Source of the DNA: an uncultured Candidatus Saccharibacteria bacterium
GTDB taxonomy: Bacteria > Patescibacteriota > Minisyncoccia > Phycocordibacterales > EsbW-18
Direction: 5' to 3'
NCBI GenBank assembly: GCA_964478705.1
Contig: CAYZIR010000005.1
Location: 508-64,507 of the forward strand
DNA: 64,000 bases
A program made the translations under genes and the position numbers. Positions within the stretch are counted from its first letter, which is position 1. Each line of letters begins with the position of its first letter. The notes under the pieces were generated by a model. It had not been told where the DNA came from, did not search any database, and worked only from the letters and a program-made list of their open reading frames with translations. Shown piece by piece: positions 7,475-17,074 of this stretch.

Positions 7475-9270
7475 TTTCCGGAGCCTCCTTTCACCATCTG
7501 CAGAAACACATCGTGCGGAATGTTGACTTTCCCGCGCTCGAGCATTTTTTTCTTTCCTTTCTTCTGTTTTTCAAGAAGCTTCATTTTACGCGTAATATCT
7601 CCTCCATACAGATACCCCGTAACGTCTTTTCGCATCGCAGAAAGACTCTCAGATGCAATGATACGCCCCTTTGCTTTTGCCTGAATTTTTGTAACAAACA
7701 ATTGACGCGGAAGGACATCGTGTAACTTTGTCACCGCTTTCTTTGCCTCTTCTTCAACGATACGATTCGCTACAACGCGCGCAAAGGCCGGAACAGGCTC
7801 ATCAGCGACAAGAATATCGAGACGAACAACATCGGCATCACGAAGCCCTGTGAGTTCATACGAAATCGAGGCATATCCTGAGGTAACGCTCTTCAAGCGA
7901 TCAAAAAACCCACGCATCAGCTCTCGGAGTGGCATCGAGATGGAGAATGAGATGCGACCATCACGAAATGTTTTTGAGTCATCAACACTCGCCTCAAAAT
8001 CATAGAACGCTTGCATGAGCTGACTCATGTACTCAGGTGGAGCAATCAGATGCGCCGAGACCCACGGCTCACGGATTTTGACTGTTTGCCCGTCGTCAGG
8101 AAAAAGTGCCGGCGAGTAAATCATCTCTGTTCTTCCGTCGCGATAGGTCACTTCATAGGTAATTGAGGGGGATGTCACAACCAACGAAAGGTCGGACTCT
8201 CGCCTCAACCGTTCCGTCACAATTTCAAGGTGAAGCATTCCAAGGAACCCACAACGAAAACCGCGACCAAGTGTTCCTGATGATTCTTCTTCGTACGAGA
8301 GTGATGAGTCAGAAAGGCGAAGCTTCTCAAGTGCAAGACGCAAGAAATGCAAATCATCTTGCCCTTCTGGAAACACGCTCGCCCACACTACCGGCTTGGG
8401 TTGTTGATACCCAGGCAATGCCGGAGCAGGATCTTTGACGAGCGTAAGTGTATCACCGACGGAAACGATACCTGGCTTTTTGATACCGGTCACGATGTAG
8501 CCGATCTCTCCTGCGGTCAGAGAATCCATCTCTTTTTCTTGCGGAACGAGTACACCAACATCACCAACAATAAAATCTTCATGCGCCGCGAGAAAACGAA
8601 CTTTTTCTTTTGCCGATATTGATCCACTTTCCATACGAGCATGAACGATGATGCCTCGATGGTTCGAGTACGTGAAGTCAAACACAAGCGCCTGCGTCTT
8701 TCCTGCTTCTCCAACGTGTGGTGCAGGAATTCGTTCGATGATTGCAGAGAGAAGTTCCTCAACCCCCTCCCCCGTTCTCCCAGAAACTTTGAGCACCGAC
8801 TCCGGAGGACAATCCAACAGATCAACGATTTCAAGCAAAATATCATCCGCACGAGCGAGCGGAGAGTCGATTTTTGACAGCACGGGGATAATCACAAGCC
8901 CCTGCTCGCGAGCCATACCAAGCGTGGTAAGCGTTTGCGCCTGCACACCCTGAGTAGCGTCCACCAAGAGAATCGTGCCTTCTACAGCCTTCAGCGCCCG
9001 CGAGACCTCATATGAGAAGTCGATGTGCCCCGGAGTGTCAATAAGGTTCAGAACGTAGCTTGTAGCGTGTAGCGTGTAGTCCATTCGGACAGGGGCCATC
9101 TTAATAGTGATACCGCGCTCACGCTCCAAATCCATCGAGTCGAGGACCTGGTCCTTCATTTGGCGTCTATCAATCGTCTTGGTGTGCTCCAAAAGACGGT
9201 CGGCCAAGGTGGATTTACCGTGGTCAATGTGGGCGATTATGGAAAAGTTTCGGATGTTTTTGACGTCCAT
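7471..9270 (-). CDS. lepA: Elongation factor 4 (LepA)
   Basis: N-terminal GTPase (AHIDHGKST), EF-G-like domains, characteristic LepA C-terminal domain. Confidence 0.95.
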   Translation of the reverse strand: MDVKNIRNFSIIAHIDHGKSTLADRLLEHTKTIDRRQMKDQVLDSMDLERERGITIKMAPVRMDYTLHATSYVLNLIDTPGHIDFSYEVSRALKAVEGTILLVDATQGVQAQTLTTLGMAREQGLVIIPVLSKIDSPLARADDILLEIVDLLDCPPESVLKVSGRTGEGVEELLSAIIERIPAPHVGEAGKTQALVFDFTYSNHRGIIVHARMESGSISAKEKVRFLAAHEDFIVGDVGVLVPQEKEMDSLTAGEIGYIVTGIKKPGIVSVGDTLTLVKDPAPALPGYQQPKPVVWASVFPEGQDDLHFLRLALEKLRLSDSSLSYEEESSGTLGRGFRCGFLGMLHLEIVTERLRRESDLSLVVTSPSITYEVTYRDGRTEMIYSPALFPDDGQTVKIREPWVSAHLIAPPEYMSQLMQAFYDFEASVDDSKTFRDGRISFSISMPLRELMRGFFDRLKSVTSGYASISYELTGLRDADVVRLDILVADEPVPAFARVVANRIVEEEAKKAVTKLHDVLPRQLFVTKIQAKAKGRIIASESLSAMRKDVTGYLYGGDITRKMKLLEKQKKGKKKMLERGKVNIPHDVFLQMVKGGSGN

Positions 9271-9321
9271 AGGGTCGTTCAGTGACCCATCTTAACAGAA
9301 ATAGGCTTATTTTTCAGCTTC

Positions 9322-11058
9322 TTACATCTCCCCTGTCTCCGGAGCGATAGGAGTAGCAGTCTTCCAGAAGCGTGCTTTGATGGTTGTCGAAAATTCAACA
9401 AGCTCCTGATTGCGAAGAAGCTGTAAGGTTGCAACCCAGAAGAGAATGCCACAGACACCGGCGATGAGGCCTTCTACAAACACATGAAGCGCTTGTGACA
9501 GGTCGAAATACGGTGTGAGGAGATTGAGAGCGACGTACGATGCTCCAGCGCCGATAATCGATGCTGAGGCGCTCTGCCAAAATGTTGTATGAACCGAACG
9601 TGGTATGTGCCCGCCGAAGTCACGTCTGAATAAAATCCAAAATATCATTGCACTCGCAATCAAGCCCAGTGAATACACGAAAGCGATAACCAATATTGTT
9701 GTCCCACCAACATCGCTGATGCGAAGAAGAGATTCAAAGAAATATCGAATCATCGGTACCTGCTCAAAAATATTCCGAGCACCAAATGCCATCACGACCG
9801 TTGCAATCGATGTCGTCATAGTGATGATGAGCGGTCGAGCGGTCATACCAGCAGCGTAGTATGCTCGTACGAATAAAAGGATGATGCCGTGCGCAATCAA
9901 TGACACCAGAAAGAGTGCCAGCGCCGCTGCGGTCAAGCGCGTGTCAGCCCAATCGAATGCCCCTGACCCAAGAAGCGTGCGAACGATATGTGCACGAAGC
10001 ACCACCATGAGTGTGAGTGCTGGGAATGACCAGAATATGATGTGACGAAGTGCACTCACCAGCTGATCGATAAATGCTTCACGTTCTCCGTTTACAAACA
10101 ATTTTGAGAGTGTTGGGAATGCTGCGACTGAATATGCAACGCCAATTAACGTGAGCGGTGCCATATAGAGATTCGATGCGAAGGTGAAAATGGTCACTGA
10201 ACCCGGAGCAAGGGTTGATGCGATACCAACGAGCACGAGAAGCACAACCTGGTTGAGAGCAAGTGTGAGCGTTCGAGGAAGTGACACGGAAACCACGTTC
10301 CATATACGACGCAAATTGAAAGTGATAACGGGGCGCGGGAGAAGTCGCTCATGCACCACAACGGGAATCTGAATGAGCGCGTGGAGCAAAGCACCACAAA
10401 CGACACCCCATCCGATACCCGAGAGGCCATAGCGCGGATACAGGAAGATAATGCCAGCGATAATGCCGATGTTGTAGACAATCGGTGAAAGGGCGTAGAC
10501 GATAAACCGCCCCGAGAGCTGTGTGACACCCGCAAGAATGTTTGAGAAACCGAGAAATATCGGCGACAGCAGGAGAATCCTCGTGAGATGTGTAAACTGC
10601 TCTATCTCTGCCGAGCCGAACCCAGGATAGAGATACCGACCGAGTTGTGGTGCAAAGAAAAAGAGGAGTGCGCTCGCGAGGGTAATAAAAAATATGAAAA
10701 ACGACGTAATCTCAGAAAGAAAATGGCGCGCACGCTCCTTCCCTTCGCTCGCGATAATACTCTCAAGAAATGGAATCAGAACAAAGAGCGATACGATTGA
10801 CGCAATGGAAGCAAAAATGAAATCAGGAATACGAAAGGCGGCATAGTAGACGTCGAGTGTTGAGCCAGCACCGAAGAGATGTGCCAGCATACGATCCCGC
10901 ACCAACCCGAGGACTTGCGAAACAAGGGAGAAAATAGCAATAACATACGCGGCTGCATGCATACCGCCGATTGTCTGTGATAGAAGGGATACGATTCGAC
11001 GGACCATACGTGTCTGTGAACGTAATAATAGCAAATACAAGGCTTTCTGTAAGTACAC
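9322..11058 (-). CDS. murJ: Lipid II flippase MurJ/MviN
   Basis: 14-TM MOP-family protein with LGLVRDRMLAHLFGAGSTLDVYYAAFRIPDF signature. Start may be the internal Met at 11007. Confidence 0.85.
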   Translation of the reverse strand: MYLQKALYLLLLRSQTRMVRRIVSLLSQTIGGMHAAAYVIAIFSLVSQVLGLVRDRMLAHLFGAGSTLDVYYAAFRIPDFIFASIASIVSLFVLIPFLESIIASEGKERARHFLSEITSFFIFFITLASALLFFFAPQLGRYLYPGFGSAEIEQFTHLTRILLLSPIFLGFSNILAGVTQLSGRFIVYALSPIVYNIGIIAGIIFLYPRYGLSGIGWGVVCGALLHALIQIPVVVHERLLPRPVITFNLRRIWNVVSVSLPRTLTLALNQVVLLVLVGIASTLAPGSVTIFTFASNLYMAPLTLIGVAYSVAAFPTLSKLFVNGEREAFIDQLVSALRHIIFWSFPALTLMVVLRAHIVRTLLGSGAFDWADTRLTAAALALFLVSLIAHGIILLFVRAYYAAGMTARPLIITMTTSIATVVMAFGARNIFEQVPMIRYFFESLLRISDVGGTTILVIAFVYSLGLIASAMIFWILFRRDFGGHIPRSVHTTFWQSASASIIGAGASYVALNLLTPYFDLSQALHVFVEGLIAGVCGILFWVATLQLLRNQELVEFSTTIKARFWKTATPIAPETGEM

Positions 11059-11094
11059 AAAAGCCCCCGTGTATGCGAGGGCTTCTATGACTAT

Positions 11095-11509
11095 GGTTGT
11101 GCACCTGTAAGCCGAATTCTGTTATCGACAAGCATGTGTCTAGGACAAAGATTACTCAATGCCTCAAGCGGCTCTTCCCGCGAACGGGACACGGCCTTGC
11201 ACGTAGGTAAGGATTTTGCCGTTTCACCTCATTGTTGCCAATGAGACACCCCATGAGATAGTGATGCCCGACTTCTTACTTATTTGGACTCTTATCAAAG
11301 TCCGATTACCAAGTAGTTCAGACACCTTTATCTCACGGGGTCCCTATCCTTTCGGAATCGGGCGTTTCTGCTCGCACCTCTATGCTCACGCACGACGGGC
11401 GTTACCCGCTACCGTCCTCTCGGCATCGCAGAGCGATGACGGACGTGTTCGGACTTTCCTCATCCTCCATAGCTTTAGCGACGGAGGATGCGCTTGCCCG
11501 ATGACAACC
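11095..11509 (-). ncRNA. rnpB: RNase P RNA (bacterial type A)
   Basis: Minus strand reads ..GGGCAAGCGCATCCTCCGTCGCTAAAGCTATGGAGGATGAGGAAAGTCCGAACAC.. (P2/P3/P4 5' strand), GGGTAACGCCCG, GGTGAAACGGCA, and ..ACAGAATTCGGCTTACAGGTGCACAACC (P4 3' strand, P1 closing). P1 GGTTGT pairs with ACAACC. Followed by hairpin GAAGCCCTCGCATACACGGGGGCTTTTGTG (terminator, 11060..11090). Confidence 0.85.
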
Positions 11510-11582
11510 GTATAGAGTATACAATATTTCCTTGTCTCTGGGAAGAGAGTTGTGTATTTAAACATACAGAGCGAGCTTCTCT

Positions 11583-11659
11583 TTTTGAAAGCCTTTGGAG
11601 GAGCGACGGCGACGGAAAGAACAAAAGCCCTGCAGGGCTTTTGTGTGCTTTCAAAAAGA
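11583..11659 (-). repeat. 70-nt structured element just 3' of nrdB (copy 1 of 2; second copy at 51244..51321)
   Basis: Outer stem TTTTGAAAGC/GCTTTCAAAA encloses conserved GGAGGAGCGACGGCGACGG and inner terminator hairpin AAAAGCCCTGCAGGGCTTTTGT. Copy 2 has compensatory outer stem TTCTCTAAGC/GCTTAGAGAA. Confidence 0.7.
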
Positions 11660-11675
11660 TGAAGTGAGCGACGCT

Positions 11676-12683
11676 CTACCACTCCAACTGTCCTCCGGTC
11701 TTGTATTCGGTTACGCGCGTTTCGAAAAAGTTCTTCTCTTTGCGCGCATCCATAATTTCCGACATCCATGGAAACGGATTTTTCGTCCCATAGACAGTCT
11801 TCAATCCAATGCGTTCAAGGCGACGGTCAGCAATGTGTTCAAGATATTCTGCGATTGACTGTGGCGTGAGCCCGATGATGCCCTTTGGAAGCGCTTCATA
11901 CGCGTACTGTTTCTCAAGCTCAACGGATTTTTTAATTTTCTCGGTGATGTCTTGCCTAAACGACTCGGTCCAGATTTCCGGATTTTCAGCGACAATCGCA
12001 TTGATGAGCTCTGAACCGAATGCGAGGTGAATCGTCTCGTCGCGAAGGATGAATTGGAATTGTTCACCAATACCAATCATCTTGTGTCGGCGAAGCATTG
12101 AGAGCATCATCGCAAATCCTGCGTAGAAGAAGATACCCTCCATGATGACGTAGAAACCAACCAAGTCGTGCACGAAACGCTGGATATTCTCCGTGCTGTC
12201 TGTTTTGAATGTGTCATCGAGCACCGATTTGGTGAATCCGAGCACAAAGTCATCTTTTTCTTTAATTGAAGGAATCGTTTGATACATGTTGTACACCTCG
12301 TCGGGATTCAATCCCAATGTGTCACAACAGTAGATGAACGTGTCAGTGTGAATCGCCTCTTCATATGCCTGACGCAGGAGGTACTGACGGCATTCTGGGT
12401 TTGTGATGTGCTTGTAGATGGCGAGTACGATGTTGTTTGCGGTCAATGACTCGGCGGTGGAGAAAAAGCCGAGGTTGTACATAATCATATGACGTTCATC
12501 GTCGGTGATTCCCTTCTCTCCGACCGCCTTCCACATCTCAACGTCCTGTTGCATGGACACCTCTTCAGGAACCCAGTTGTTCGCAACGCCGGTTTTATAG
12601 TATTTACGTGCCCACTGATACTTCATCGGAAGAATCTTGTTTGGGTCGATACCTGATGCGTTGATGATTTGTTTTTGGGCCAT
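11676..12683 (-). CDS. nrdB: Ribonucleotide reductase class Ia small (beta) subunit
   Basis: Ferritin-like di-iron R2 fold (EEAIHTDTF.., ..ILRDETIHLAFG..). Confidence 0.9.
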   Translation of the reverse strand: MAQKQIINASGIDPNKILPMKYQWARKYYKTGVANNWVPEEVSMQQDVEMWKAVGEKGITDDERHMIMYNLGFFSTAESLTANNIVLAIYKHITNPECRQYLLRQAYEEAIHTDTFIYCCDTLGLNPDEVYNMYQTIPSIKEKDDFVLGFTKSVLDDTFKTDSTENIQRFVHDLVGFYVIMEGIFFYAGFAMMLSMLRRHKMIGIGEQFQFILRDETIHLAFGSELINAIVAENPEIWTESFRQDITEKIKKSVELEKQYAYEALPKGIIGLTPQSIAEYLEHIADRRLERIGLKTVYGTKNPFPWMSEIMDARKEKNFFETRVTEYKTGGQLEW

Positions 12684-12710
12684 ATGTACAGGTGGTTAGT
12701 CGAATAGAGA

Positions 12711-15590
12711 TTATTGGCACGATTCACACGTTGGGTCATCCAATTTACAGAGCTTCAGTGTCTGTGTTTGCTGTTGGACGCTCGTTGTGCGCATCACAGG
12801 CACGGTGACGGGTTCGGATGCAGAAATTTCTGCTTTTATGCTTGCAACCGCCTCTTCGGCAACGATACGTTCATGCACCGTCGACGAAAGATTTTGTTTT
12901 TCAAGTGCCACCGTGCTCTTTTCGATAGCAGACGCACCAAGAGAACGGAGATAGTAGGTTGTTTTGACTCCCATTTGCCATGCAAGCTGGTAGACGTCAG
13001 ACAGTTTTGCTCCCGATGTGCCTGAGAAGAAAATATTGAACGACTGGCTTTGGTCAATCCACTTGCCTCGATATGCCGTCGCTTTGACAAGAAATGCCGG
13101 GTCAATTGCAAAAACTTCTTTATGCTTTTCCTTAATCCACGCTGGAATCGATGAGATAGCATCGAGACTTCCTTCTGCTCCTTTAATCATTTCAAGCATT
13201 TCGCTATTCCAGAGCCCCTCTTTTTTAAGATCGTCGACAAGATAGTTATTGAAAACAATGAAGTCACCACTGATATTTGCTTTCACATAAATATTCTTGT
13301 AAATCGGCTCAATGGTTGGGAAACAACCAGCGATATTTGCAATCGTTGCTGTCGGTGCCATTGCCATACAGTTGCTGTTGCGCATACCATATTTTTTCAC
13401 CGCATCACGCACAACGCTCCAATTGAGTTTTGCTGTTCGCGATACGAGTATTTCCTCCCCACGATCGCGGGCGAGCAAATCGAGTGTGTCGACAGGGAAA
13501 ATCCCGCGATCCCATTTTGAGCCCGCGTAGGTCTCGTAGGTGCCACGCTCGCGTGCAAGCTCGGATGAAGCAAGAATCGCATAGTACGAAATCATTTCCA
13601 TACTTTCATCAGCAAAGCGAATACACTCTTCCGATTCAAATTTCAAATCTTGGAGGTACAGCGCATCTTGGAAGCCCATGATACCCAAGCCCACAGGTCG
13701 GTGGCGCATATTCGATTTTCTGGTTTCCGGAATCGGATAGTAGTTCAAATCGATCACGTTATCGAGCATGCGCATCGCAAGTGTTGCCGATTCTTTAATG
13801 CGTGCTTCATCGAGTTTACCGTTGACGATGTGCTCAGCAAGATTGATTGAACCCAAGTTACAGACGGCAACTTCATCGTCAGGTGCGTTGTTCAATGTAA
13901 TCTCGGTGCAGAGGTTTGAGTTGTGTACAACGCCAATATGGTCTTGCGGGCTACGAATGTTGGATGTGTCTTTGAATGTAATCCATGGGTGTCCTGTCTC
14001 AAAAAGTTGTGTGAGTACTTTTTTCCAAAGATCGCGTGCCTTAATTTGCACGAATGTTGTGAGTTTCCCTTCGGCACCAAGCGCTTCATATTCTGCGTAT
14101 CGAGCGCTGAATGCAGAACCATACAAATCAGGAAGCTCCGGTGTTTCATCTGGAGAAAAGAGCGACCACATTTCATCGTCGCGAACACGCTTCATGAATT
14201 CATCTGGAATCCAAAGTGCCGTGTTCAAATCTGGTGTGCGTCGTCGTTCGTCACCAGTGTTCTTGCGAAGTTCAAGAAAATCTTCAACGTCGGCGTGCCA
14301 CGGTTCAAGATACACCGCACATGCACCGCGCCTGCGACCACTTCGGTTGATACACACAACAGTTGAGTCAAGAATTTTCAAAAATGGAATGAGGCCGTTA
14401 CTGTCGATACCGGTTGATTTGATGCGAGATCCAGTTGCACGAAGCTTTGTCCAGCTGTAGCCAACACCACCGTCAAATTTTGCCATGTGCGAATAATCTT
14501 CATATGCCTTGAAGATGCTGTGGAGATCGTCTCCTGTAACACCGAGGTAGCAGGATGAGAGCTGAGAGTGTGGCGTACCTGCGTTAAAGAGCGTTGGCGT
14601 CGACGGCACATAGCGAAGCGCTGACATAAGGTTATAAAACTCAATCGCACGAGCTTCTTTATCGCTTTCAAGGAGTGAAAGTCCCATCGCAACACGCATC
14701 CACATCATTTGAGGCGCTTCAAGATAGATATGGCGCTTGCGGTCACGCTTGTCGCGAAGCAAATAGCGGTCTGCGAGCGTCTGTGTACCGAGGTAGCGGA
14801 GCATATCATCTCGCGACGGCTCAAGCGCCTGCGCAAGACGCACAAGATCAAACTCGCCCATTCGAGTATCGGTGATACCAAGATCGATTCCTTTTTTAAT
14901 TGATGCAATAAATCCCTGACGATATGCATCAGCGAACGCGCCATTTGATGGATCGGTCACGTCCATCGTGTCCGGATAGACAGACAGTTCAAGTGCCGTG
15001 CGCGATGCGAGAAGTGAGTACGCTGGGTCACGCTCGATAAATGAACGCGCAACAAGTGCAACGGTGTGAGAAAGATCGCGCATCGACATGCCTTCATACA
15101 TTTCTCGCTCTGCTTGCGCGACCAACTCATCAATATCAATATCGCGTTCGATGCCACGAGAAGATTTTGTGAACAGTCCGCGCAGGAAATCTCGCGTCAC
15201 TGAAATACGTTCTCCACCGGCGATCGTCACGAAAAATTCGCGACGTTCAATTTTTTCAACAACAACTTCCTGTTTCTCTTCACGAATTTTTGCGTGCTCG
15301 TATCGATAGACGATGTACGATTTCGCAACCTCAAAAAACCCTTTCTGCATGAGGGCACGCTCAACCATGTCCTGCACTTCTTCAACCGCAGGAATGTAGG
15401 TCTCGCCAACCGCATTTGCACGTTCAACAAGGTCGGCAACAACAATATCAGAAACCATCTCTGCATCTTTCTCTCTCTTTTCATTGAGCACATCAAGGAA
15501 TGCTCGCTCAATCGCATGCGTGATCTTCTCTTGCTCAAACGGTACAATCTTGCCTCGTCGCTTGCGAACTTCCTTGATGATTGGATGCAT
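12711..15590 (-). CDS. nrdA: Ribonucleotide reductase class Ia large (alpha) subunit with N-terminal ATP-cone
   Basis: ATP-cone (KRRGKIVPFEQEKITHAIERAF), NrdA catalytic barrel motifs, C-terminal Cys tail (CKLDDPTCESCQ). Confidence 0.92.
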   Translation of the reverse strand: MHPIIKEVRKRRGKIVPFEQEKITHAIERAFLDVLNEKREKDAEMVSDIVVADLVERANAVGETYIPAVEEVQDMVERALMQKGFFEVAKSYIVYRYEHAKIREEKQEVVVEKIERREFFVTIAGGERISVTRDFLRGLFTKSSRGIERDIDIDELVAQAEREMYEGMSMRDLSHTVALVARSFIERDPAYSLLASRTALELSVYPDTMDVTDPSNGAFADAYRQGFIASIKKGIDLGITDTRMGEFDLVRLAQALEPSRDDMLRYLGTQTLADRYLLRDKRDRKRHIYLEAPQMMWMRVAMGLSLLESDKEARAIEFYNLMSALRYVPSTPTLFNAGTPHSQLSSCYLGVTGDDLHSIFKAYEDYSHMAKFDGGVGYSWTKLRATGSRIKSTGIDSNGLIPFLKILDSTVVCINRSGRRRGACAVYLEPWHADVEDFLELRKNTGDERRRTPDLNTALWIPDEFMKRVRDDEMWSLFSPDETPELPDLYGSAFSARYAEYEALGAEGKLTTFVQIKARDLWKKVLTQLFETGHPWITFKDTSNIRSPQDHIGVVHNSNLCTEITLNNAPDDEVAVCNLGSINLAEHIVNGKLDEARIKESATLAMRMLDNVIDLNYYPIPETRKSNMRHRPVGLGIMGFQDALYLQDLKFESEECIRFADESMEMISYYAILASSELARERGTYETYAGSKWDRGIFPVDTLDLLARDRGEEILVSRTAKLNWSVVRDAVKKYGMRNSNCMAMAPTATIANIAGCFPTIEPIYKNIYVKANISGDFIVFNNYLVDDLKKEGLWNSEMLEMIKGAEGSLDAISSIPAWIKEKHKEVFAIDPAFLVKATAYRGKWIDQSQSFNIFFSGTSGAKLSDVYQLAWQMGVKTTYYLRSLGASAIEKSTVALEKQNLSSTVHERIVAEEAVASIKAEISASEPVTVPVMRTTSVQQQTQTLKLCKLDDPTCESCQ

Positions 15591-15797
15591 ACTAAAAGTT
15601 ACATAAAACTACCCCGACCTGATAAAAATAAAATAAAGAAAATCGGACGGCGTACCGGTCACATCAGCGATTCGGGCATCTTCAAACTCGTGGAGACATT
15701 GTAGCTAAAAAATGCCTCTCCCGTCGCGTGGATAAGCCACTCTTTTACTGCTTCAAAACGTATTCGGAGGCACGTCCAGACTTTACAGACTCACGTT

Positions 15798-16274
15798 TTA
15801 TTTTGTCACACCGTCCACCCCAAAAACCTCGAAACATGAGCCTTCAGTGACCTCTGCGGAGTCAAACACGCCAGCATTGACCTCAAGTACATAGCGCACC
15901 GGCAATGGTGGAGAAAAAATCTCTGGATAGGTCTCTGGAGAGACATTTCGAACGTCATAAACCAAGCAAAAAGCGTCATCTAACCATCCAATGTCGATTG
16001 GGAAGCGCATATCTCTCATCCAAAAACCATACGTGCTTGGTTTTTCAAATATAAAAAGCATTCCGGTTGAGGTAGCAAGGTTTTCTCTGCCCCCAAGACC
16101 TTTCCCATGCTCATCAGGAGTGTCCGCAATCTCTAGGGAATATACAACCCCACCAATATGGATGATGTTTTGAGTAAGTTGAGGAGTATTCTCTCCTATT
16201 TCTCTCTGAACTACGAAAAACCAAGCGCTTGCACAAAGCAGAGCTATACTAAGAAATATTAAGAGCGGTTTCAT
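15798..16274 (-). CDS. DUF192 (COG1430) family protein with signal peptide/TM
   Basis: GMLFIFEKPSTYGFWMRDMRFPIDIGWLD pattern. Confidence 0.55.
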   Translation of the reverse strand: MKPLLIFLSIALLCASAWFFVVQREIGENTPQLTQNIIHIGGVVYSLEIADTPDEHGKGLGGRENLATSTGMLFIFEKPSTYGFWMRDMRFPIDIGWLDDAFCLVYDVRNVSPETYPEIFSPPLPVRYVLEVNAGVFDSAEVTEGSCFEVFGVDGVTK

Positions 16275-16287
16275 ACCAAGCGTTATG

Positions 16288-16358
16288 CGGGCCCACGAGG
16301 AATCGAACCTCGACCTTCTCTTTTGGAGAGAGAAATTCTACCTTTAAACTATAGGCCC
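16288..16358 (-). tRNA. tRNA-Trp (anticodon CCA)
   Basis: GGGCCTA acceptor, loop CTCCAAA, TTCGATT T-loop; 3' end ..GGGCCCGCA (CCA not encoded). Confidence 0.85.
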
Positions 16359-16801
16359 TTGGTTTCGTATCCGAAACGCCAGTGTTTTCCTACACGTGCG
16401 GTTTTACGACGATGACAATTTGCACACCTCACATCACATTTTCCTATCTCATTCATTATCTCAGCTACAGAATAACTGTGCCGGAACATTTGAGAGATAG
16501 GGAGTCGTTTATCGGAGCGATGGTCGAAGTCTAGCACAACAATATCGTCTTCTCCACAGTCAATACAAGGATTCGCTTGAAGGTGTCGGAATATCACTTC
16601 CCTCAATACCTGCCTTTGTTTCTTGTTCCATTTCTTCGCTTTTTTAATATATTTTGTACGGTTTGCTTTATAATGGTCTTTTCTGTAGAGAGCATGACAG
16701 CTTTTACAAACATAGTGTCGTAAACCTTTATCTGCATCCTTCCAATTGAAATCATTCTCTTTCTTTCCTTCTTTGCATGTAGCACAAATCTTTGATTTCA
16801 T
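16349..16801 (-). CDS. Free-standing HNH endonuclease with N-terminal Cys4 zinc finger; its last four codons overlap the first 10 nt of tRNA-Trp
   Basis: CIDCGEDDIVVLDFDHRSDK...CDVRCANCHRRKT (HNH/His-Me finger); N-terminal CATCKEG..CKSCH. Final codons AAG GGC CTA TAG coincide with tRNA-Trp nt 1-10 on the same strand. Confidence 0.7.
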   Translation of the reverse strand: MKSKICATCKEGKKENDFNWKDADKGLRHYVCKSCHALYRKDHYKANRTKYIKKAKKWNKKQRQVLREVIFRHLQANPCIDCGEDDIVVLDFDHRSDKRLPISQMFRHSYSVAEIMNEIGKCDVRCANCHRRKTARVGKHWRFGYETKGL

Positions 16802-16814
16802 CTTTTTATTGTAA

Positions 16815-16850
16815 ATAAAAATACTCCAAATGGAATTCCATTTGGAGTAT
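16815..16850 (-). terminator. 36-bp perfect palindrome (bidirectional terminator) between rpmG and the HNH gene
   Basis: AAAATACTCCAAATGGAATTCCATTTGGAGTATTTT. Confidence 0.6.
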
Positions 16851-16868
16851 TTTTATGAAATCTTTATC

Positions 16869-17036
16869 TTATTTCTTCACCTGCTTATAGGTAACACGCT
16901 GTCGAAGCGTTGGGTCGAATTTTTTAAGTTCAAGACGGTCTTTGTTTTGCGCGCCTTGGCTTTTCTTTCCACGACGGCTGTAATAGACGTGGTCTGATTT
17001 GCTTGATTTAAGTCTGATGAGTGCGTCTTGTGACAT
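16869..17036 (-). CDS. rpmG: Ribosomal protein L33 (zinc-less form), 55 aa
   Basis: [55 protein letters not shown]; compare E. coli ..[21 protein letters not shown]. No Cys residues. Below the ORF-track length cutoff. Confidence 0.8.
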   Translation of the reverse strand: [55 protein letters not shown]

Positions 17037-17074
17037 GGAGGTATTTTAACAGATTTTTGACAGATAGCAATCAG

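Noticed and set aside
13768-14460. 230-aa plus-strand ORF
   Set aside because: Antisense to nrdA, which has strong homology-supported coding.
16349-16358. Alternative genetic code (UGA recoding, as in some CPR lineages)
   Set aside because: TGA is the stop of the 25755..26366 gene (overlapping ATGA). tRNA-Trp has anticodon CCA. Homology-supported genes terminate at TAA/TAG/TGA at the expected positions. Standard code 11 fits.
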